DNA from: Acidobacteriota bacterium
GTDB taxonomy: Bacteria; Acidobacteriota; Terriglobia; Terriglobales; Acidobacteriaceae
NCBI GenBank assembly: GCA_046735175.1
Contig: JBKPSP010000027.1
Coordinates: 220-64,219, forward strand
Direction: 5' to 3'
Length of the DNA: 64,000 bases
A program made the position numbers and the translations under genes. Every line of letters begins with the position of its first letter. Positions within the stretch are counted from its first letter, which is position 1. Below the pieces are notes generated by a model that was not told the DNA's origin, did no database searches, and saw nothing but the letters and a program-made list of their open reading frames with translations. Of the stretch, positions 45,958 to 54,456 are shown piece after piece.

Positions 45958-47106
45958 ATGCGAACTTTCAGGGTTGTGACCTGCTTATCAACACTTTTTG
46001 TTTGTATTGCGTGGGGAGAGTCAAAGCCGCGCGCCCGCGATTTGGGTGTCCCATTCGATGGGACGCCGGGGACCCTTAATGCGATTACAGATGTAAAGGG
46101 AGTAGAAGTTGGCCAGACCACGCTGATCTCGGGCGAAGGCAAGCTGAAGGTCGGGATTGGGCCGGTACGGACGGGTGTGACGGCGATCTTCCCGCGAGGC
46201 AAAGATTCTCTGGACCCGGTTTTCGCAGGCATCTTCAGCCTGAACGGCAATGGCGAGATGACGGGAGCGCATTGGGTTGAAGATTCCGGATTTCTGGACG
46301 GGCCGGTCATGATTACGAATACGCATAGTGTCGGGGTGGTGCGCGATGCGGTGATCGCATGGCGAGTGAAGCGAGCGCCGCCTGACCAGGAGGGCTATAC
46401 ATGGTCCTTGCCGGTTGTCGCTGAAACCTGGGACGGCGATCTAAACGACGCTAACGGCTTTCACGTAAAACCCGAACACGTATTCAGCGCCCTCGACGCG
46501 GCCGCTGCCGGACCGGTCGTGGAAGGTAATGTTGGCGGCGGCACAGGCATGGTTTGCAACGAGTTCAAAGGCGGCATCGGGACCTCATCGCGGAAGCTTG
46601 ACGCGAAGTTTGGCGGTTACACCGTAGGCGCTCTTGTGCAATGCAATTATGGGTGGAGAAGTCAGTTACGGATTGCAGGCGTTCCGGTTGGACGCGAGAT
46701 CACCGAGAACACGACACGCGACGACGATGTCGGATCAATCATTGTGGTTGTCGCAACCGATGCTCCGCTGATTCCGACACAATTGAAACGTGTCGCCAGG
46801 CGCGTGACTCTGGGGTTAGGCAGACTCGGCAGTTTCTCGGGAAATGGTTCCGGAGACCTGTTCATCGCTTTCTCGACGGCAAATTCCGGAGCTGCGGACG
46901 CAACGGGGGTACGGAAGCTGGAGATGCTTCCGAATGAACGCATCAATCCCCTGTTTGTAGCGACCGTCCAGGCCACGGAGGAGGCTGTAGTCAATGCGAT
47001 GGTTGCAGCCGAGACTATGACAGGCATCAACAACCACACTGTCATGGCTCTGCCGCACGACAAGCTGCGGGAAGTCTTGAAAAAATACAACCGGCTAGTG
47101 AAGTGA
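45958..47106 (+). CDS. P1 family (S58, DmpA/BapA-like) aminopeptidase
   Basis: Signal peptide. PGTLNAITDV.GV.VG..T, ...VGGGTGM... and ...GSGD... patterns are typical of peptidase family S58. Confidence 0.8.
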   Translation: MRTFRVVTCLSTLFVCIAWGESKPRARDLGVPFDGTPGTLNAITDVKGVEVGQTTLISGEGKLKVGIGPVRTGVTAIFPRGKDSLDPVFAGIFSLNGNGEMTGAHWVEDSGFLDGPVMITNTHSVGVVRDAVIAWRVKRAPPDQEGYTWSLPVVAETWDGDLNDANGFHVKPEHVFSALDAAAAGPVVEGNVGGGTGMVCNEFKGGIGTSSRKLDAKFGGYTVGALVQCNYGWRSQLRIAGVPVGREITENTTRDDDVGSIIVVVATDAPLIPTQLKRVARRVTLGLGRLGSFSGNGSGDLFIAFSTANSGAADATGVRKLEMLPNERINPLFVATVQATEEAVVNAMVAAETMTGINNHTVMALPHDKLREVLKKYNRLVK

Positions 47107-47236
47107 CGCGACCGGGAGAGTGGTTACTGCGGTTACCCCGAATTTACATCATTTCCGGCCAACTGGTTTAGACTTACGCAACGGCGGTATCGCATCTTCC
47201 CCGGCAGGTCGCCACATCGACTGAGGAACAACGGCG

Positions 47237-49132
47237 TTGAGTATCCGGCCGAAACCAGCTCCCGCGCTTACTGAAGCCGAACAGCGACTTCGCACCATTG
47301 TCTCCAAAGCCCCGGTCATTTTGTTTGCCGCCGACCAGAACGGCACGGTGACGCTTTGCGAGGGCAAGGCACTGCAAAAGCTCGGCAAAGTTCCTGGCCA
47401 GTCCGTCGGGCAATCCCTGCTCGAGATGTATGGAAAATACCCGGCTCTGATCACGAGCATTCGCCGCGCTCTCCGCGGTGAAGAGTTCTTGAGTGTTGAG
47501 GAACTTCCCGAGCTTGGTCTGTGCTTCGAAACCCACTGGGTGCCGCAGCATTCTGAGGATGGCGAGCTGGCCGGCACTATCGCTGTAGCGGTGGATGTGA
47601 GCGAGCGCAGCCGTAACGAGCGCGCGAGGGAGGAGGCCGAAACTCTTTATCGCAGCCTGGTGGAGCAACTCTCGGCCGTCACCTACATCGCGGAGCTGGG
47701 AGTTGAGGGCGAGTGGCTGTTTGTCAGCCCTCAGATTGAATCGCTCCTGGGATACACGGCGCAGGAATGGCGCGCCAACGCCGCCAACTGGATCGAGAAC
47801 GTGCATCCGGAAGACCGCGAAATTGTTCTGGCGGCAGAGGATGCAACCCTGCAAGGGAAATCTTTCCGGGCGGAGTATCGGATGTTCCGCCGTGACGGCA
47901 AACTTATTTGGATCAACGATAGCGGCTCGCTGGTGCCGGGGCCGAATGGCCGGTCATTGCTGCACGGTGTTCTCCTCGAAGTAACTGAGCAAAAGCAATT
48001 GCAGGTGCATCTCTCGCACAGCCAACGCATGGAAGCTGTGGGACAGCTGGCGTCCGGCGTCGCGCACGACTTCAACAATCTGTTGACGATTATCAAGGGC
48101 TACAGCAGCCTGCTGATGGAGCGGGATCTGGATGAGACTGACGCACACGCGGCGCGAGAGATCCAACAGGCTGCGGAGCGCGCGGCTGCGCTGACTCACC
48201 AGCTTTTGGCATTCAGCCGCAAGCAGACCCTGCAGCCGCGAGTGCTGGACTTGAACAAGATTGTTCACGGCCTAGAAATGATGCTCCGCCGCGTACTCAC
48301 CGAGAACGTGGAGTTGCGCATCCAAACGGCGGCAGATTTGGGACTGGTGAAAGCCGATCCGGTGCAGATGGAACAGGTCCTGATCAACCTGGTGGTGAAC
48401 GCTCGAGACGCCATGCCCAAGGGAGGTACGCTAACCATTGCCACTGCGCCCCGTCAAGTATTGCAGCACTCGGGTGAGGGCGAATCGTTGATGCGCGCAG
48501 GTTCGTACGTGAGTCTGACCGTATCGGATACCGGCATAGGAATGGATTCGGCGACGCGGACCCGGATATTCGAACCCTTTTTCACCACGAAAGAGGTTGG
48601 CAAGGGAACCGGATTGGGCCTCGCAACCGTATATGGCATTGTCAAGCAGAGCAACGGCCATATCGAGGTCGAAAGCGAACCCGGGAAAGGCGCCGCTTTC
48701 CGCATATCATTGCCCAGAGTTGAACAGGAAGTGACCGCACCACGGAAGCCCCCAATGACCGAGCCCAAACACGGAACTGGAACAATTCTGTTGGCCGAGG
48801 ACGAACCGCTTTTGCGAGAGCTGGGCCAAACCATTCTTACCCAGGCGGGTTATAAGATCCTGACCGCACCCAATGCCGACGCGCTTGAGACGTTCGTCGC
48901 CGAGCACGAAGGCAAAATCGATTTACTGCTGACTGACGTCGTCATGCCGGGCATGAGCGGGCCGGAACTGGTGAAACTGGTGCGCGCGCGCTGGCCCGAG
49001 GTGCGGGTTCTGTATATGTCCGGGTACGCGGACGACGAAATTGAGGATCTGGATCGCGATGCCGGATTTTTGCAAAAGCCCTTTACGCCAACCGAACTGA
49101 CCGAGAAGATTGCGGAGATGCTGGCGAGGTAG
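47237..49132 (+). CDS. Hybrid sensor histidine kinase/response regulator (PAS-PAS-HisKA-HATPase-REC)
   Basis: H-box VGQLASGVAHDFNNLL, N/G boxes (NLVVNARDAM; DTGIGM; GTGLGLA) and a C-terminal receiver (ILLAEDE...DLLLTDVVMPGMSG). TTG start, uncertain. Confidence 0.88.
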   Translation: MSIRPKPAPALTEAEQRLRTIVSKAPVILFAADQNGTVTLCEGKALQKLGKVPGQSVGQSLLEMYGKYPALITSIRRALRGEEFLSVEELPELGLCFETHWVPQHSEDGELAGTIAVAVDVSERSRNERAREEAETLYRSLVEQLSAVTYIAELGVEGEWLFVSPQIESLLGYTAQEWRANAANWIENVHPEDREIVLAAEDATLQGKSFRAEYRMFRRDGKLIWINDSGSLVPGPNGRSLLHGVLLEVTEQKQLQVHLSHSQRMEAVGQLASGVAHDFNNLLTIIKGYSSLLMERDLDETDAHAAREIQQAAERAAALTHQLLAFSRKQTLQPRVLDLNKIVHGLEMMLRRVLTENVELRIQTAADLGLVKADPVQMEQVLINLVVNARDAMPKGGTLTIATAPRQVLQHSGEGESLMRAGSYVSLTVSDTGIGMDSATRTRIFEPFFTTKEVGKGTGLGLATVYGIVKQSNGHIEVESEPGKGAAFRISLPRVEQEVTAPRKPPMTEPKHGTGTILLAEDEPLLRELGQTILTQAGYKILTAPNADALETFVAEHEGKIDLLLTDVVMPGMSGPELVKLVRARWPEVRVLYMSGYADDEIEDLDRDAGFLQKPFTPTELTEKIAEMLAR

Positions 49133-49136
49133 AAGC

Positions 49137-49206
49137 GGCTCTTGGCTCTTGGCTCTTGGCTCTTGGCTCTTGGCTCTTGGCTCTTGGCTCTTGGCTCTTG
49201 GCTCTT
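49137..49206. repeat. Perfect tandem repeat (GGCTCTT) x10
   Basis: Counted base by base: ten uninterrupted copies of ggctctt, starting 5 nt after the kinase stop codon. Confidence 0.97.
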
Positions 49207-49246
49207 GGCGTTCTCCGCGGCCTTTCTCTGCGATCTCTGCGGTTAA
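49207..49246. repeat. Half TTAACCGCAGAG-type element fused to the heptamer array
   Basis: ggcgttctccgcggcctttctctgcgatctctgcggttaa matches the right arm of the 32738-32831 element. Confidence 0.75.
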
Positions 49247-49294
49247 AAGCTTTTGCAATAAGCCGCAGGTGAGTCTGTGCTACAGTCCTCTTTG

Positions 49295-49450
49295 ATGTCG
49301 TCCCAACCATCCGCACTCCCTGAACTTCTTTATTGCCCGAAATGCGCGACCGAAGTTTCCGATCCCCTGACTTGCGGCGATTGTGGCGCGGTTATTTGCA
49401 GAAAATGCGGGACGCCACTGGAATTTCCCGACGAACTGGGTATGGGGTGA
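49295..49450 (+). CDS. Small (51-aa) zinc-ribbon protein, below the ORF-track size cut-off
   Basis: My own translation: MSSQPSALPELLYCPKCATEVSDPLTCGDCGAVICRKCGTPLEFPDELGMG, with three CxxC pairs (CPKC, CGDC, CRKC). Confidence 0.5.
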   Translation: MSSQPSALPELLYCPKCATEVSDPLTCGDCGAVICRKCGTPLEFPDELGMG

Positions 49451-49476
49451 GCTCGCTTCGATTACGCCTTTACGCC

Positions 49477-49947
49477 TCAAAATCTGTTGTCGTTGACTTC
49501 AATCCAATAGCCGTCAGGATCCTGGAAGTAAATCTGGTGCACTCCGTCCGGGCGGTTGGTGACTTTTCCGTCCTCGCCCTTGAAGTCGCTGTATTTAACT
49601 TGCATCTTGTCCAGATGTGCCCGGAATGCATCCACCGATGCCACGTGGAAGGCGAAGTGTAGTTCCTTATCCTGTTGCGGAACGTCTGCGGCTTTTCCGA
49701 CTACGTGCAATTGCTCGTGCGGACCGATGTGATACCAGATGTGATTGTTGTCCTTGAACGGATCGGGAATTCGTTTCAGTTGCAGCACCTTGTCGTAGAA
49801 TTCCCCGCTCTTCTGCAGATCGCGAACGTGCCGTGTGGTGTGGTCGAAGACTGGCGAATTGCTCTGCGCGAATGATGGGCGAGAGAGCAGAACAGACACG
49901 AACATCACTGCGGCAATTGTAACTTCGGCAATTCTGCGAGTCTTCAT
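49477..49947 (-). CDS. Secreted VOC (glyoxalase/bleomycin-resistance fold) family protein
   Basis: Signal peptide from ATG 49947 (MKTRRIAEVTIAAVMFVSVLL...AQ). The FDHTTRHVRD...HFAFHV...YFQDPDGYWIEV pattern marks the VOC fold. Confidence 0.8.
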   Translation of the reverse strand: MKTRRIAEVTIAAVMFVSVLLSRPSFAQSNSPVFDHTTRHVRDLQKSGEFYDKVLQLKRIPDPFKDNNHIWYHIGPHEQLHVVGKAADVPQQDKELHFAFHVASVDAFRAHLDKMQVKYSDFKGEDGKVTNRPDGVHQIYFQDPDGYWIEVNDNRF

Positions 49948-49994
49948 GGCCCGGCATAGTACCACAATCCGAGCGTGGCTTGAGGTCTCGAAGC

Positions 49995-51191
49995 TTACAC
50001 CGGAACCGCTGTCTTCCTTGGGGGATTGAAGAACGGCAGCTTCGTCACCTTCGCAGAAGCTTTCTGACGCATGGCCTCAATGGTGACTTCCATCTGCAGC
50101 GTGGTGCCGGGATTCGCGTGATTGGCCTCGACACTGGCGAGCGCGATCAGCTTCTTCAGGGTCGGAGACCAAGTGGTAGAGGTCGCTTTTCCTACCTGCC
50201 GATTGCCGGAGTAAACCGGGACGTGCACGCGTGACGCCTGGCTGGGCGCGGCGGGCGTGAGACCGAGATCTTCGTATAAAGCTTCGATTTCGTTCCAGTC
50301 GAGTTCGAGCCCGACCAATTGGCGCGCGACTCCGTTACGGTTGTCACGTTCGAGGGCGGCGCATCCGACGAAGTTTTCCTTTTCCAGGTGGACCATCTTT
50401 GCGAAGCCCAGCTCATACGGCGAATACCTTTGCGAAGCGATCAGGGCTCGGCGTGAACTGGTGTAGTCAACGTCGAGCAGGAGGAGTCCGGCTTCAATGC
50501 GCGCAACATCTAACGCCAACATCCCAGTTGGATGGAGATCGAACTGTCTGCCAGCAGTCGTAACTGCGTCCCAGATCTTTACCGCGTCTTTCCAGTCCAC
50601 CCAGATTTCATAGCCGAGGTCGCCGGTATAGCCGGTGCGCGAAATGTCGACGGGGATGCCGGCGATCTTGCCACTGGTCATGCGGAAATATTTGAGATTG
50701 GAGAGTTCCGCCTCGGCGATGGTCTTCAGCACCTTCGCGGAGGTCGGACCTTGCAAAGCCAGGGCGGCAGTTTTTTCCGATACGTCTTCGATCTGCACCT
50801 GCATGTTCAAGCCGTTCTGGTGAAACCAGCGGATATTAGGTTCGGCGGCGGTCCAGCGGTAGCGGTTTTCATCGAGGCGCGTGATGGTGCCGTCGTCGAT
50901 GACTTTGCCCTGCTCATCGCACCAGCAGCAGTAAATGACCTGGCCCTTGGCGACTTTGTTGATGTCGCGGGTGATGATGCGGTTCACGAGTTTGGTCGCG
51001 TCGCGGCCGGTGATCAGGTACTTGTAAAGCGGCGTGATGTCGATGAGCGCGGCGGCGTTGCGGATAGCGTTGTACTCGTGTTCGTGGTGAACTTCGTACA
51101 CGCTGACGGTGTAGTATCCCGACCACTCGCGATAGTTGAGGCTATGGCAGAGTGAGAGAGTGCGTTCGTGAAATGCGGTTCCGATGGGCAT
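49995..51191 (-). CDS. Aminomethyltransferase (GcvT) family folate-binding protein
   Basis: From ATG 51191 (MPIGTAFHERT...). GcvT-fold pattern (...ITPLYKY.I.G.DA..L......D......G...Y....DE.G....DG...). The long N-terminal extension of the ORF-track entry is rejected. Confidence 0.8.
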   Translation of the reverse strand: MPIGTAFHERTLSLCHSLNYREWSGYYTVSVYEVHHEHEYNAIRNAAALIDITPLYKYLITGRDATKLVNRIITRDINKVAKGQVIYCCWCDEQGKVIDDGTITRLDENRYRWTAAEPNIRWFHQNGLNMQVQIEDVSEKTAALALQGPTSAKVLKTIAEAELSNLKYFRMTSGKIAGIPVDISRTGYTGDLGYEIWVDWKDAVKIWDAVTTAGRQFDLHPTGMLALDVARIEAGLLLLDVDYTSSRRALIASQRYSPYELGFAKMVHLEKENFVGCAALERDNRNGVARQLVGLELDWNEIEALYEDLGLTPAAPSQASRVHVPVYSGNRQVGKATSTTWSPTLKKLIALASVEANHANPGTTLQMEVTIEAMRQKASAKVTKLPFFNPPRKTAVPV

Positions 51192-51394
51192 AGGTATTGG
51201 TAAATTCCGAATCTGGATTATACCCATCGCCGGGCGCGCGATGCAGTTTCCCAAAATGGCCAGGGAAGAAATCAACCCGCAATCCTTGTAGCTAAACCAA
51301 AAAAAATGGGCATATGATCCACAGCAGCGCCACATAGTCCGACACCTGTGGCCGGTGCACCTTCCGAAAGCCCGCTTCCTTGAACGGAGGCCCG

Positions 51395-52549
51395 ATGTCA
51401 CTGTTAAATACTGGCTCCGCCTCGTTTGTACCCTCGCGTTTCCTCAAACATCAGGTTCTTACCATCGCGGTTGGCGTGTCCCTCACGATCGGGGCCTTCG
51501 CCATTTGGCCGATATTGCCTGTTCAGTTGCTGAGCACAAACTATCTACCCCACGCATTTTGCTATTTGAGGAGGCCCGGGTTGGTGTGGACCCACGTCTC
51601 TGCAGATTTACTGATTGGGGTGTCATACCTTGCGATCTCGATCACGCTCGGATATCTGGGTTACAAAGGGCGGCGCGATGTTCCGTATCACTGGATGTTT
51701 CTGGCGTTCGGACTCTTCATTCTTGGCTGTGGCGGAACGCATTTCGTGGAAGCGGTCACGTTTTGGATCCCCGTGTATGTGCTGGCGGCCGCGGTCAAAC
51801 TTTTCACCGCTGCAGTTTCGCTCACTACAGCTGCGGTGCTTCCTTTTACTGTGCAGCACGCGTTTGACCTCATAAAGCAGGCTAGAGCAACGGAACAACG
51901 GACGGCAGAACTGCGCGCAAGTGAAGAGCGTAAGGATGCCCTGCTTCAGGAAGTCCATCACCGGGTGAAAAACAATATGGCGGTGATTTGCAGTCTTTTT
52001 TATCTGCAATCGATCCATACGAAGGACGAGGAGACCGCGCAGATTTTTCGTGACATGGAGAATCGCGTGCATTCCATGGCGCTGGTCCACGAAAGCCTCT
52101 ACGGATCGGACAACCTGGCGCGCATCGACTTTGCCGAATATTCCCGGCGTTTGGCGGAAGATATTCTGGCGTCGCACGGGAGCCCTGACGTGTTAGTGCG
52201 CTTGCGTGCCGAACTGGAGCCTGTAACCATGGGCGCTGACTTAGCGGTGCCATGTGGGCTCATCCTCAATGAACTGGTCTCGAATGCGTTTAAGCATGGC
52301 TTTCCTGAGGGCGCGCGCGGCGAGATCAACCTGACGCTGCGCGGTGATGCAGGCGGCAGATATACTCTGTGCGTTCAGGACAGCGGGGTGGGGATTCCCG
52401 CCGGCCTTGATGTCAGAAACAGCCGATCTCTTGGACTGAAACTGGTGCGGTTGCTGACCCAGCAGATTCGCGGTTCGTTCGAGCTGGTGAAGTGTGACCA
52501 GGGGACCTCAGCCAACCTGCACTTTGAGGTGAGCCAACATGCATGCTGA
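51395..52549 (+). CDS. Membrane sensor histidine kinase: ethylene-binding-domain-like TM module + HisKA_2 + HATPase_c
   Basis: ATG 51395 follows GGAGG. The TM region aligns with ETR1 residues ~20-115, including C-x3-H (LGCGGTHF). The H-box EVHHRVKNNMAVI is HisKA_2 type. The ATP-binding region is LILNELVSNAFKHGF...DSGVGIP...GLKLV. Confidence 0.8.
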   Translation: MSLLNTGSASFVPSRFLKHQVLTIAVGVSLTIGAFAIWPILPVQLLSTNYLPHAFCYLRRPGLVWTHVSADLLIGVSYLAISITLGYLGYKGRRDVPYHWMFLAFGLFILGCGGTHFVEAVTFWIPVYVLAAAVKLFTAAVSLTTAAVLPFTVQHAFDLIKQARATEQRTAELRASEERKDALLQEVHHRVKNNMAVICSLFYLQSIHTKDEETAQIFRDMENRVHSMALVHESLYGSDNLARIDFAEYSRRLAEDILASHGSPDVLVRLRAELEPVTMGADLAVPCGLILNELVSNAFKHGFPEGARGEINLTLRGDAGGRYTLCVQDSGVGIPAGLDVRNSRSLGLKLVRLLTQQIRGSFELVKCDQGTSANLHFEVSQHAC

Positions 52550-52955
52550 TTTAATCACGACTGAGCCACGCGCACTGATTGTGGAAGATGAAGCTCTGAT
52601 CGCGGAAGAACTGAGAGAGCGGCTTTCGCGGTTGGGTTTTTCGATCATTGCGGCTGTGGATTCCGGCGAAGAAGGTATAGCAATCGCTACGCGAGAACGT
52701 CCTGACCTAGTCTTGATGGACATAAGGTTGAAGGGCCAGAAGGATGGCGTCCAAGCTGCTAAAGAGATTCGCGAGCAGGTTGATGTGCCAATTGTTTACC
52801 TGACTGCCCACTCGGATCGTGGCACTGTGGACCGGGCGAGTAATACCGACCACGATGGTTTCATCCTGAAGCCATTCGTGAGGCGAGAATTGCAGTCTAC
52901 GATAGAGGTCGCGATGCAGCGGCATGCGATGAGGGCGCAGGAGAAGGTGCAGTAG
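52539..52955 (+). CDS. Single-domain response regulator (CheY-like)
   Basis: Canonical receiver: VEDE acidic pair, DLVLMDIRL phospho-acceptor, YLTAHS and ILKPF. It overlaps the kinase gene by 11 nt. Confidence 0.9.
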   Translation: MHADLITTEPRALIVEDEALIAEELRERLSRLGFSIIAAVDSGEEGIAIATRERPDLVLMDIRLKGQKDGVQAAKEIREQVDVPIVYLTAHSDRGTVDRASNTDHDGFILKPFVRRELQSTIEVAMQRHAMRAQEKVQ

Positions 52956-53146
52956 AGGGACGCAACAAATCCCAGTCTTCAACGGACTTTCATCCCAAAC
53001 TCGCACGGGCGAGAGAGGAACCTCACGACGCGCGTGGATTAGCACGGACATGAGTGGGATTGTGGATTACACATGCGCCTGGAATCTGGCGTAGCTCGCA
53101 AGCTGACGTTAGGTTCCCTCCCTTTATGAAGCCTGGATTGTAAGCC

Positions 53147-54178
53147 CTATTCGATTCCTCGACCAGTCAACCGTTCGATTACGGTTTTCACTGGGCCTGA
53201 GAGTTCAATGCTCCCCTCAAAACTGCGCGTTTCTATTCCGTCGCTCTCGGCGACAATCATGTCTTTGTCGTGAAACTCAAAAATAATCCTGGGTTGGCCT
53301 ATGGGAAGCCCGTGCCGTCTGGAACGAGAAACCACAAAGGCCCACATTGACTGCCCAGCCCGTAGTCGGCTGTCGTACCCGGCTTGGCGGAGTTGTCGCA
53401 GGAAGTGAAGCACTTTAGTTCGTGAAGGGAAATGGAAATCATCGACGTAGGAACGTTCAACCCAATTCCAGCTGTGCAGAAATTCGCCTTCTATGGGATT
53501 CCCGCGTTCGTAATACTCGGCGATTTCTCCTATGGAAAGCCACGGGAATTCTTTGCGCATTTCTGACGGTTGTACATCCTCGCAGAGCCATCTTTTCAGG
53601 ACAGCACCGAATTGGCTCAAATCATCTACATCGTGACGAAACATCTCACAGTCATCCCATTTGCAGGATGCTTGAGGGACATCGTTACGAAGATAAATAT
53701 GACATGAGCGTGCGTGAGTTCGAAACCAGAGTGATCGGAACTCAGGCGACGCAAGGCCTTTCTGGAGTTCGGTTGAAAGCTTCTGCAGTTCCGGAAACGC
53801 CTTAGTAACAGAGGTAAGAATGTGAGTTAATTCGCGTTCTGGCTTGTCCACAAATGCGAAATGGTCGTAGAGCGAGGACAGTGACTGACCATCCAGCCAG
53901 CATTGAACAGCTCTCTCTGCCTCGTCGATCGACCGCGTTCTGCCAGCCGCAACTTTCTGCTCTACATCTTTAAATACGATCAGGAACTCAGGGCCGCGAT
54001 ACTCACGGAGTCGGTAATGGAAGCAGTGCACAACAGCCAATCGTTGCTGCCGCTTCGCACGGCATTTGGAGTTCGTTCCCTTTCCGTTAATCTCCACAGT
54101 AACATCGGCCGAACGTGGGAACCGCTGAACTAGACGGTCGGATAACTCGCACGCGTAATCTTCCTGGGGGTATTGCAT
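53147..54178 (-). CDS. Hypothetical protein, no recognisable domain (AT-richer orphan)
   Basis: 343-aa uninterrupted ORF flanked by ~190-nt and ~280-nt non-coding regions. A hand count of nt 53401-53520 gives 57/120 G+C. Confidence 0.6.
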   Translation of the reverse strand: MQYPQEDYACELSDRLVQRFPRSADVTVEINGKGTNSKCRAKRQQRLAVVHCFHYRLREYRGPEFLIVFKDVEQKVAAGRTRSIDEAERAVQCWLDGQSLSSLYDHFAFVDKPERELTHILTSVTKAFPELQKLSTELQKGLASPEFRSLWFRTHARSCHIYLRNDVPQASCKWDDCEMFRHDVDDLSQFGAVLKRWLCEDVQPSEMRKEFPWLSIGEIAEYYERGNPIEGEFLHSWNWVERSYVDDFHFPSRTKVLHFLRQLRQAGYDSRLRAGQSMWAFVVSRSRRHGLPIGQPRIIFEFHDKDMIVAESDGIETRSFEGSIELSGPVKTVIERLTGRGIE

Positions 54179-54417
54179 AGGCGAAACTTAGTTTATCTAA
54201 TACAGCAAACAGCTCATCTGGGCTAAAATGGTTTGCTCATGTCACGCCTTCTCCAGTGGAGCGTTCTTCCTAGCGGACTCTGATCCGCGTCGCGCGAAGT
54301 CCTGTTCGCGAGTATTATTCCTGTTCACATAGAATTCAGCGGCTTAAGCCGCGGACCATCTGTATGAATTTTGCGGCACGTCTGAAGACGTGCCCTGATA
54401 CGAATCAACGGCGTAAA

Positions 54418-54452
54418 GCTGACAGCTGAGAGCTGACAGCCAGGAGCTAGAA
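54418..54452. repeat. Heptamer array (GCTGACA/GCTGAGA x5) abutting a start codon
   Basis: gctgaca gctgaga gctgaca gccagga gctagaa ends 4 nt before ATG 54457. The AGGAG within unit 4 can act as the SD. Confidence 0.85.
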
Positions 54453-54456
54453 GGCA

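Noticed and set aside
49083-49316. ORFs 49083-49316 (-), 48923-49258 (-) and 49110-49295 (+) with repetitive peptides (PRAKSQE..., SWLLALG...)
   Set aside because: They are translations of the (GGCTCTT)x10 tandem repeat and the adjoining TTAACCGCAGAG element, not genes.
51192-51401. Long N-terminal extension of the GcvT-family ORF, and a possible glycine riboswitch in its leader
   Set aside because: The extension is Cys/Arg-rich and unlike GcvT N-termini. ATG 51191 fits the family. I could not find the paired conserved glycine-riboswitch cores in the ~200-nt leader, which is also the divergent promoter region of the kinase gene.
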